Below, piece after piece: positions 8,167 through 15,765 of a stretch of DNA of 25,534 bases. This DNA comes from a virus (lineage: Duplodnaviria > Caudoviricetes). Location: the IMG/VR virus record IMGVR_UViG_3300032086_002300, positions 1 through 25,534 of that record. One strand, given 5' to 3'. The notes beneath the pieces are model-generated. The model was not told the origin of the DNA. It searched no databases and saw only the letters and a program-made list of their open reading frames with translations. The position numbers and the translations under genes were made by a program. Position 1 is the first letter of the stretch. Each line of letters begins with the position of its first letter.

Positions 8167-8559
8167 ATGGCTAGTTACAAATACGGAGACGCCGCGAACC
8201 TTGAGTTCGGCACAAAAACAGACACCAACTTCGACATCGTCGAGAGCATCACAGAGGAGAAGTCCTACCAGACCGAGTCCTTGGTGAAAGATGAGAACGG
8301 CGCAACAGTTGGACTGGTACTTGCCGACGAGCGCGGAACTTTTACCATCTCCGGCATGACCTCTGCGACTGACATAGCCAGCACAGGAAACATCAACCTC
8401 GGAGCCGCACTAGCTATTACTCCTGATCTGATTGATTCCAGCGCAAGCCTTTACATCACCAGCATCCGATCCACACGATCCAACACCGACTTCCAACGCT
8501 TTGAGATTACAGCAGTCGGCTTTGATTCTGTGAGCGGAACAGGTACAGAGATCACCTGA
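8167..8559 (+). CDS. Major tail (tube) protein (putative)
   Basis: 130-aa beta-rich acidic protein (GTFTISG, YITSIRSTRSNTDFQRFEITA) upstream of the chaperone and tape measure genes. Confidence 0.7.
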   Translation: MASYKYGDAANLEFGTKTDTNFDIVESITEEKSYQTESLVKDENGATVGLVLADERGTFTISGMTSATDIASTGNINLGAALAITPDLIDSSASLYITSIRSTRSNTDFQRFEITAVGFDSVSGTGTEIT

Positions 8560-8626
8560 TCTGATTGCTAGGGAGTAACACAGGCGCGATCTCCCCGCGC
8601 CACCAAACCTTAGATAAAAATTAAAT

Positions 8627-9010
8627 ATGGAACCAGTCCACTTCTGCCAGACGCGCAACACCGACCTAGCCGCCGCACTTTATGCAATCGGCGTTGATTT
8701 CCACCACGAAGAACCTTTCGCCTATCTGCGGAACCACAACAGCGGCAAAGAGTTCACCCAATGGCACTTTCAGCCAAGCAGCCGAGACGGTGAACACCGT
8801 ACCGCTGAACTGATAAAAGCTTGGCACGACCCCTCTTGGTGGGAGGAGAACCGAGACCATCCCATGAGCTACGTCCAAGCAGCAATGGAGACAAGGCACT
8901 CGCTGGTTGAGGTCATTAAAAAGGCGAGTCCGCGCATCATTATAAAAAAGCACGGCAAGACCTATATCGTCGGCGAAGACTCTGAACTATTCAACCGACT
9001 GACTAAATGA
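8627..9010 (+). CDS. Hypothetical protein
   Basis: Clean ATG ORF with an A-rich leader and ATGA overlap with the next gene; no confident family. Confidence 0.65.
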   Translation: MEPVHFCQTRNTDLAAALYAIGVDFHHEEPFAYLRNHNSGKEFTQWHFQPSSRDGEHRTAELIKAWHDPSWWEENRDHPMSYVQAAMETRHSLVEVIKKASPRIIIKKHGKTYIVGEDSELFNRLTK

Positions 9011-9423
9011 GTACTGAGATTGCAGAAGCAAACCTTGAAGAACTACTAAAGCCCACACAGGACTCGCTAGACGACCTGCAACTGACTCGCGTCACCTGTG
9101 GGACTCTCTCACTTTGCCAGTTTGCCAAACTGTCTATTTTAGACGGAGACGAGGACGCAGAACTTTACGACATCCTTGCCTTTTTATTTATACACTCGGA
9201 GAAGCGCGAGACGGTTCGCCAGTTACTCTTTGCAGATGGGGACGCATTTCGGGAAGCTGTCTTAGACTTTGGGGATCGATTTGCCTTCGAGGACTTCCAG
9301 AAGTTATCTGAAAAGGTCACAGGAATGCTGACCAATGCGACCGAGGGAATGGTTGAAGTCGACGAACTCGCCATAGAAGCCCAGGAGGGACAACCCCAAA
9401 AAAAAACGAACGGGCAGGAGTGA
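9007..9423 (+). CDS. Tail assembly chaperone (lambda G analogue)
   Basis: Acidic helical protein between tail tube and tape measure genes, with a slippery A9 run near its 3' end. Confidence 0.7.
   Translation: MSTEIAEANLEELLKPTQDSLDDLQLTRVTCGTLSLCQFAKLSILDGDEDAELYDILAFLFIHSEKRETVRQLLFADGDAFREAVLDFGDRFAFEDFQKLSEKVTGMLTNATEGMVEVDELAIEAQEGQPQKKTNGQE
9398..9406 (+). other. Programmed -1 ribosomal frameshift site (A AAA AAA)
   Basis: CCC CAA AAA AAA ACG in frame 0; the -1 frame is open from here into ORF 9420..9626. Confidence 0.7.
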
Positions 9424-9626
9424 CCCCGAACCCGCTGCTGCACTATTGCTTTGCAGTCAGCAATAACGATGCAACTGCCGCAATGGACACTTACTGGAAC
9501 ACTCCCCTCGGTATCCTTTGGCAGATGGTGCATTGCCTTTTAGTCCACAACGGGCAACCCGTGCGCTACATCAATAGCAAAGAAGACACGACAGCTTTAT
9601 TGAAGGGATTGACCCCAAATGATTAA
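9420..9626 (+). CDS. Tail chaperone frameshift extension (lambda T analogue)
   Basis: In the -1 frame relative to 9007..9423; YWNTPLGILWQM resembles T-type extensions. Confidence 0.65.
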   Translation: MTPNPLLHYCFAVSNNDATAAMDTYWNTPLGILWQMVHCLLVHNGQPVRYINSKEDTTALLKGLTPND

Positions 9627-10215
9627 GGTGGACGTAGACACTCGCGATTTCAATCGCACGCTGAAGAAGTACCTAGCGCAAAACAAGCGCGACACAGGTA
9701 TGCTTATTGAGCGCACAGGTCGCAAGCTTGCCTTCGAGTTCATGCGCGGATTTAAGGCAGTCAAAGCCTCTAGGAGCGACATCACACAAGGAACCGCTAA
9801 GAGGCGCGTACTGGTCGCTGGTGACAAGTCGGTCATGTATCTATCGACCCGTAAGAAAAAGCGCGGCAAAGGATACACCCTTACCGAAAAGGGAAAAAGC
9901 CAGCTCAGAGCAATCCGCAACAAACGCGCCAAGGGTATCGCCTACTTGTCTGCCAACTTTATATTCACAGGCTGGAAGGTCGGCACGCGAGGTAGCAACC
10001 GCAACATCAATTCCAAAGTCGGTAAGCAAACCCGTGCCTTGATCCGCACCACACGCGCCAACCCTTACGTCGAACTGACCACGGACACCGATGGGGTGAC
10101 AAAGGTCGGCAAAAAGCGAGGCATATTTACGCGAGGACTCACAGCAGTCTCACGCGACCAACTGCGCTACATAGAGCGCAAACTTCAAGAAACAGCAGAC
10201 AAATTTTATAACTAG
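9619..10215 (+). CDS. Basic tail-completion/neck protein (HK97 gp10 / lambda Z-like, putative)
   Basis: Very K/R-rich; MIKVDVDTRDFNRTLKKY-type N-terminus; lies in the tail module. Confidence 0.5.
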   Translation: MIKVDVDTRDFNRTLKKYLAQNKRDTGMLIERTGRKLAFEFMRGFKAVKASRSDITQGTAKRRVLVAGDKSVMYLSTRKKKRGKGYTLTEKGKSQLRAIRNKRAKGIAYLSANFIFTGWKVGTRGSNRNINSKVGKQTRALIRTTRANPYVELTTDTDGVTKVGKKRGIFTRGLTAVSRDQLRYIERKLQETADKFYN

Positions 10216-10224
10216 GGAAAAGCA

Positions 10225-11982
10225 ATGGCAAGAGGCGCAAGAATCAACTACAAGGTCGGAGCCGACACCTCGCAATTCAAGCGAGCAATGGCGGGAGTGA
10301 AGTCAACGGTTCGCGGACTAGGCACAGCAGTCAAATCAGCAGTCGCACCTATCGCCATTATGACAGGAGCAGTCTCTGCGTTGACAGGTGCAATCGCTGC
10401 AAAAGGGATACGCTCAGTCGTTAAGTTCGGCGCAGAACTCGACCACCTAAAAGATCAAACTGGTATCTCGGTCAGAGAATTGATTCTACTACGCCAAGCC
10501 TTCGAGGACGGAGGGGTCAGCGCGGAATCAGTCGGCAAGACAGTCTCGCGAATGCAAGCAGCTATCTCGGAAGGTTCCAGGGGTATCAAGACCTACACCG
10601 ATGCGTTCGGAATGCTCGGCGTAAATGTCAAAGACTTGGAAGGTATGACCGTCTCGCAACAATTCGGTGCGGTCGCCAAAGCAATCGCCAACTCTGGCAA
10701 TGCAGCCGACAAGACAAACGCCAGTCTAAAAATCTTCGGACGCTCAGGTGCAGAACTTGCGGCAGTCTTCAACAACTTTAGTGGAACCAGCAACCCGTTC
10801 GAAGACATCGAAGGTAGCATAGGAACTTTCGCGACCAACATGGACAAAGTCTCGCACCTCTTTGAGCGGATCGATACGCTGGTCGGCAGGATGAAGCTGA
10901 AGTTCTTGGCGATATTTGAACCTGTTGCCACCAAGTTTGTCGAACCAATGCTTCAAGTCCTAGAGAAGGTGGACAAGACTTCGTTCACCAAATTCGGCGA
11001 AGCAATAGCGGACTCGCTCGGCAAAGTCTTCAACGCATTCAAAGACGGCAAGATCGGAGAGATATTGCAGCTATCAATTGTCATTGGACTCAAAAAAGGA
11101 AGTGCTGCTCTCCAAGTCATCTTTAAAGCATTGATCTCCAGCCTTCGTTCTGTCTTTAGCGAAATTATCAAGCTCTTGCCGCAGGGACTTCAAGATGTAC
11201 TTCAAGGACTACTGGCAGGTATGACCAAGATCGTGCAAGCAATGATTGGAGTCGTTGCAAAGCTAACAGGTGAAGAGGCACGAATAGCAGCTTCTTCGGT
11301 AGGTATACGAATAGGCGCACGCAAAGGCGGATTTATAGAAGGCAGAGGAGAGAACGAAAGACTGACCCCAAAAGGACTTGATCAGCTACGTAGTCGCATC
11401 GAGCAGAGAACTGGTGAAGACGTTGGAGACCTCCAGCGCATGAAACCCGAACAGATCAGTCAGGTTCTGACGCAAGCAGTTCCTAATGCGCCTAGAAGTG
11501 GAAACACAGGACGCGACCTCGCAAGTGCATTTGTAAGACTTCGCGCAGAACAAGTTGAAGGACTCCCCTTCTTACAAGTGCCAAGCATCCAGTCAGCGTC
11601 TACCCAGATGGGTGGAGTACCTTTCTCGGTGACGATGCAACAGATGAAAGAAGCTTTCCAAGGAGCAGGATCAGAAGAAACCAAGAGACTGACCGACACA
11701 CTCAAAGGACTATCCACAGAAATCGGAACAGGAGAACTACCAGCAAAACCAGCACTCAAAGCGGGAACAGGCACTAGTCTACTAGAGGACGCCGCGACCG
11801 CAACAGGACTCGCGCCCATAGTCAGCACCCTCCAAGCAATAGGCGGAGGCGGCGGCATAGGCGGACTATCCTCGACCGAGACACTCTTACAACAAACCGC
11901 AGAAGAAACCAAGCGCAGCAACGAACTACTGCGCGAGCAAAACGACATTCTACGCGGACAAGCACTTCCAGCTATCAACTAA
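10225..11982 (+). CDS. Tail tape measure protein
   Basis: KVGADTSQFKRAM start, LKDQTGISV and KIFGRSGAEL motifs; Ala/Gly-rich and helical; 585 aa. Confidence 0.9.
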   Translation: MARGARINYKVGADTSQFKRAMAGVKSTVRGLGTAVKSAVAPIAIMTGAVSALTGAIAAKGIRSVVKFGAELDHLKDQTGISVRELILLRQAFEDGGVSAESVGKTVSRMQAAISEGSRGIKTYTDAFGMLGVNVKDLEGMTVSQQFGAVAKAIANSGNAADKTNASLKIFGRSGAELAAVFNNFSGTSNPFEDIEGSIGTFATNMDKVSHLFERIDTLVGRMKLKFLAIFEPVATKFVEPMLQVLEKVDKTSFTKFGEAIADSLGKVFNAFKDGKIGEILQLSIVIGLKKGSAALQVIFKALISSLRSVFSEIIKLLPQGLQDVLQGLLAGMTKIVQAMIGVVAKLTGEEARIAASSVGIRIGARKGGFIEGRGENERLTPKGLDQLRSRIEQRTGEDVGDLQRMKPEQISQVLTQAVPNAPRSGNTGRDLASAFVRLRAEQVEGLPFLQVPSIQSASTQMGGVPFSVTMQQMKEAFQGAGSEETKRLTDTLKGLSTEIGTGELPAKPALKAGTGTSLLEDAATATGLAPIVSTLQAIGGGGGIGGLSSTETLLQQTAEETKRSNELLREQNDILRGQALPAIN

Positions 11983-11983
11983 A

Positions 11984-12748
11984 ATGAGCATCTACAAAAT
12001 AGGAGCAACCAGCGACCTCAACGGTAGAGGAGAGACTGAGACTTTCCAGATTGCAAACGATGGAATCATCACCGCAGTCATTTCCTACAATTACACCCCC
12101 ACAGGAAACGGAACCAAGCAACCTCTCGAACAGATTACATGGAACGAGGCACACCCTGACTACTCCTACCTAAAGCTGACAGGTGCAAACATTACGCGCA
12201 CCAAGGCAAACGTCTACACGGTGACAAAAACCTACCAAGGCGCGATTGATGACGATAACCTTCCAAACGGAATCATTACCACGCGCATCAACACGGACAC
12301 CGTGACCGACCCCATAGAAGCCCATCCAGAGTTCTATGAAAAAGACGATGGAGCCGGAGGAACGACAGACGGATTCGGAAAAGAAGAAGGCAAGTTTGAG
12401 GACGACAGTACAGAAAAACGATTCTTATACTTTCCCGGTGATGCCGACCATAACCTTGGCGGCGTTAAGTCCTTTCTTGCACCCAACCTGACTGGTGTCG
12501 GTGTAATCGTCCAACACCTAGACTCTGGCTATGGATGGAACACCGACTATATATACAACATCGGAAAACGGATTTTAAGTAACGCCAACCTAATCACCAC
12601 TCTACAACTGCCTGACATTGGCACACGCAACTGGTTACTAACTAAAGTGACACAGGAGCGACTGGGAGGTGCGCTAAGGATGACCCTGACCCTAAAGATG
12701 TCTGGCGCAAATGGTTGGAACACCGAAATCTACCCAGCAGCGACCTAA
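11984..12748 (+). CDS. Tail tip/distal tail protein (putative)
   Basis: Immediately after the tape measure gene; beta-rich; HPDYSYL, PIEAHPEF and NWLL...GWNTEIY motifs. Confidence 0.55.
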   Translation: MSIYKIGATSDLNGRGETETFQIANDGIITAVISYNYTPTGNGTKQPLEQITWNEAHPDYSYLKLTGANITRTKANVYTVTKTYQGAIDDDNLPNGIITTRINTDTVTDPIEAHPEFYEKDDGAGGTTDGFGKEEGKFEDDSTEKRFLYFPGDADHNLGGVKSFLAPNLTGVGVIVQHLDSGYGWNTDYIYNIGKRILSNANLITTLQLPDIGTRNWLLTKVTQERLGGALRMTLTLKMSGANGWNTEIYPAAT

Positions 12749-13533
12749 TGCACTCAAGTAACATAGCAGGACTTGCGGACGCTCTGAACCGTATCGAAGC
12801 AAGACTTGACGCGCTAGAGCAAAACCCTGTGCGACTGGTCGACGGACTAGGCACACGCATCGAGCAGTCAGGATCGGACTATGCAGTACACGCCGAACCT
12901 TCGCAAATTTTAAGCACACAATCGCACCCTTGGCAGCTTATCACCAGAAAGACCTCGGCGGGAGCGAGCGAGTACAGAGTTCACTCTTACAGCAAAGTGA
13001 CTTCGTTGGTACTACAACAGGACTATCCAGTTGCCAATGTCGGACAATGGCACGAATGCAACGGAGCCACAGGAAGCACCCAAGAACAATGCGAAACTGC
13101 TGGAGGTACTTGGGAACTGAAATTTCCTTGGCAGACGCTTGCACTTACAGACGTAGGTGATGACCTTGTCGTATTAGAAATTGCCTACGAGGACGGATTT
13201 GCCGACGAAGACGCATACTCCTTCGACAATGCAGCCCTAGCAGACTGGTATCCTGCATCTACCTACACCCACGCTTACGCTAAATTAAAACTACTAGGAC
13301 AGCAGGAACTCGACAGTAATGAAGGTTCGACGGGATACTATGAACTGTATTCTGGAGGGACAGCGGCAGACGGATACGACTTAAAATATGTTCGCATACC
13401 GATCGCCAACGTGACTATCGCCGACCAAAACAGTCAGCCTGTCATAACTTCAATAACGCAGATACAGAAAAACCACATAAAACTGTACCCTGTCGGACTT
13501 GATGCGGTGCCAGGTGAGTACACTATAGTCTGA
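12748..13533 (+). CDS. Minor tail protein (putative)
   Basis: ATG at 12748 in a TAATG overlap (preferred to TTG at 12715); short N-terminal coiled coil, then beta-rich. Confidence 0.55.
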   Translation: MHSSNIAGLADALNRIEARLDALEQNPVRLVDGLGTRIEQSGSDYAVHAEPSQILSTQSHPWQLITRKTSAGASEYRVHSYSKVTSLVLQQDYPVANVGQWHECNGATGSTQEQCETAGGTWELKFPWQTLALTDVGDDLVVLEIAYEDGFADEDAYSFDNAALADWYPASTYTHAYAKLKLLGQQELDSNEGSTGYYELYSGGTAADGYDLKYVRIPIANVTIADQNSQPVITSITQIQKNHIKLYPVGLDAVPGEYTIV

Positions 13534-14849
13534 TGTGGCACCAGAATAATGTCGGAGTCGTAACTGGGCAGATATTTAACCCAGAGAGAGAAGTTGCGGG
13601 CGCACAGGTCGGAGATGAAGACGACAACGGTGACAGCATTGTCCAAGGAGAAAACATAGATCCACCGAGTGACTTCTTTGCACGCTGGCAGGACGTTTAT
13701 GACAACGACAATAATCTAGTCTACCGTGCAGGATCACAAATCAAAGACTCGACCAACAAGGTAAGAAACCTAAAACAATCGGCAATGGTTGTCCGCTCTG
13801 ACAACATGAGCATGAGCAAAGCATGGGCATTCTACCACCTACTGCAGAGCATACAGATTTCCATCGATGTCAATGTGGTCGAAGCGAATCGCTGGGGAGA
13901 CAAGGAGGACGAAAACGGCAACACGGCAGACGATGCAGGATTTACTGGTCTGGACGGTGTCGCTGATACTCCATATGGAAATGCAGCTTATCCCGACCCG
14001 ATGCACGTTCCCTACTATGCTTCAACGGTTTTTACCGATACCTTTACAGTACGCGGCAGAACAACAGGACACCACACAGAACCTGAAGAAATCACCCAGA
14101 CCGAAGCCAACCGCCGAATTAATGCTGACCCTCCAGAAGACCTACCTTATACCGCGCAAAGACTTATTGCAGAACATCCCTATCAGCGGCACCGACTTGA
14201 ATACATACCATCTTTTGACGGCAGGTTTGGAAATTATAACCAATATACGCCACTAGCTGATAATGAAGAAGATTGGACAAATCGAACTGAACAGGGAACT
14301 GGTGGCACTCTGATCTTCAGCTACGAGGTAAGGAGAGAGAGTCACCGAGATATCGGACTACCCACCGACCCCGACCCTGCCTACGCCTCTGACACTCAGT
14401 CAAGTTACACAACAGACATTAAAGCAGACGACTGGTTTCTAGCGTACACAATCAGCGGCAGCATTCCCGCAGGAGCATACAGCAACTACACTTTCAGAGT
14501 CGCAGAATCAAGCTGGGCATTACAACCCTACACAGGAACCGATGACGACAGTTCTGACCCGCAAACAAAGGAGTACACAGTTGGCACAGCAACTATCTTT
14601 GGAAAAACATTTGATGTCGTAATGGCAGCACCCTACCCAGACACGGAAACGCCAGCAGCACACCGAGGTTTTACCACTAAAGAAATCGACATCACCATCA
14701 CCGCCGACACATGGAGTACACCTGTAAATGGCAAGTTTGCATGGTCAGACCTTCGGCACAATCTGGCAAATGACGGTGAAGCCTACACCGACACAATGTA
14801 TAATCAGGTGATCTGGCACGATGGAACCACTCAAGACCCTCCCTCATGA
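13533..14849 (+). CDS. Acidic minor tail/virion protein (putative)
   Basis: TGATG overlap; 438 aa, D/T-rich; last large gene of the tail module. Confidence 0.55.
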   Translation: MWHQNNVGVVTGQIFNPEREVAGAQVGDEDDNGDSIVQGENIDPPSDFFARWQDVYDNDNNLVYRAGSQIKDSTNKVRNLKQSAMVVRSDNMSMSKAWAFYHLLQSIQISIDVNVVEANRWGDKEDENGNTADDAGFTGLDGVADTPYGNAAYPDPMHVPYYASTVFTDTFTVRGRTTGHHTEPEEITQTEANRRINADPPEDLPYTAQRLIAEHPYQRHRLEYIPSFDGRFGNYNQYTPLADNEEDWTNRTEQGTGGTLIFSYEVRRESHRDIGLPTDPDPAYASDTQSSYTTDIKADDWFLAYTISGSIPAGAYSNYTFRVAESSWALQPYTGTDDDSSDPQTKEYTVGTATIFGKTFDVVMAAPYPDTETPAAHRGFTTKEIDITITADTWSTPVNGKFAWSDLRHNLANDGEAYTDTMYNQVIWHDGTTQDPPS

Positions 14850-14861
14850 CATCACACCTAT
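14846..14861 (+). promoter_or_regulatory. Variant late motif ATGACA-N4-ACCTAT
   Basis: Same GACA-N4-ACCT core and spacing; ends 3 nt before the ATG at 14865. Confidence 0.4.
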
Positions 14862-14864
14862 TAT

Positions 14865-15167
14865 ATGGAGACCCTTCTTGCTCAATATGGTTTACCGACC
14901 GCCCTACTTATTGCCACAGGCACTTACATCTCGCTGCTGGTTAAGTTCCTCAAGGAACTGATCACAGGCAACCTTCAAGCTGTCATAGCTAATCAAGAGA
15001 AGATGGCAAAGGAACTAAGAACAGTACAAGACGACCTTGCACGCATCGAACTGATGCTTCGGCTGACTAATGACATACGAGAGCGCGGTCGCCTCGGTAT
15101 AGAGATGTCACGGATCGGAAAAGCAAACACCGACGTCCAACTAGGAAGTGACGAATCACCTTTATGA
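14865..15167 (+). CDS. Single-TM coiled-coil protein (holin or i-spanin candidate)
   Basis: N-terminal TM helix QYGLPTALLIATGTYISLLV followed by heptad repeats. Confidence 0.55.
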   Translation: METLLAQYGLPTALLIATGTYISLLVKFLKELITGNLQAVIANQEKMAKELRTVQDDLARIELMLRLTNDIRERGRLGIEMSRIGKANTDVQLGSDESPL

Positions 15168-15451
15168 TAAATCCACACGACTCAACCACAGCCGGAGCCA
15201 TTGCGCAGTCCCACGGACACGCACAAAAGACCTATCACCCCGACAACGTCCGAGACTACGCCATTGCCGACTTTGTTAGCCAAGCCATACCAAAGTTTGA
15301 CCAAGGACAGGCAGAGCATGACGGCAGAGAAGATGTTTGCAACCTAGTTGAGCGCGTAAACCTACAAGACGCCAAAGAGGAACTGATCGACCTCTGGTTC
15401 TACCTGACAGCCCTGGAACTGAAGGCAAAAAACCTCGGTGTGGAACTTTAA
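15164..15451 (+). CDS. Hypothetical protein, possibly MazG-like all-alpha NTP pyrophosphatase fold
   Basis: KFDQGQAEH...LQDAKEELIDLWFYL contains the EExxD helix motif. Confidence 0.45.
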   Translation: MINPHDSTTAGAIAQSHGHAQKTYHPDNVRDYAIADFVSQAIPKFDQGQAEHDGREDVCNLVERVNLQDAKEELIDLWFYLTALELKAKNLGVEL

Positions 15452-15467
15452 GAAAAAGCATTGACCT

Positions 15468-15485
15468 CGCGCACGCGCACGCGCA
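15468..15485. repeat. (CGCGCA)3 tandem repeat directly after TTGACC
   Basis: ttgacct cgcgca cgcgca cgcgca read directly from the sequence. Confidence 0.85.
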
Positions 15486-15547
15486 AGGTAGAAAAGTTGT
15501 CATTAGGTAGCTAATGCTATTACATATTCGTTTTGAGTTTTGATATT

Positions 15548-15587
15548 AAAAAAAGGGACTCCCTAGTCATCGGGGAGTCTTTTTTTT
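15548..15587. terminator. Bidirectional intrinsic terminator
   Basis: A7, then stem GACTCCC / GGGAGTC with a 9-nt loop, then T8; ends the late operon. Confidence 0.85.
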
Positions 15588-15684
15588 GTGCCTTGACGAA
15601 TAGGCGCGGGCAAGCAGGTTGAAGGGACAGAACCAGTACTCGTATCTTTGCAAAGAAAGTCCCCGCTTTCTCCTTTTTTGGGAA

Positions 15685-15755
15685 TGGTGGAGCCGAACGG
15701 GATCGAACCGTCGACGACCCTATTGCAAGGACGGGTCTAACCGTAAACCGACACC
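15685..15755 (-). other. attP core: tRNA-Ala(UGC)-derived sequence (intact 3' half, degenerate 5' half)
   Basis: Minus strand reads ...CTTGCAA TAGGG TCGTC GACGG TTCGATC CCGTT CGGCTCC A CCA: T-arm, U70, A73, CCA and a TGC anticodon in register; directly upstream of the integrase. Confidence 0.8.
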
Positions 15756-15765
15756 CACAATAGAA

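Noticed and set aside
176-15503. Many minus-strand and alternate-frame ORFs in the track across the late module
   Set aside because: They lie within well-supported + strand genes, have no recognisable motifs, and read as antisense shadows of biased codon usage.
15685-15755. Functional tRNA-Ala gene
   Set aside because: The D arm is truncated, the anticodon stem is mismatched and G3:U70 is missing; better explained as attP.
15619-15765. N-terminal 49-aa extension of the integrase from TTG 15619
   Set aside because: WWSRTGSNRR is simply the antisense translation of a tRNA-Ala 3' end; ATG 15766 is the more plausible start. Kept only as a low-probability alternative in the findings.
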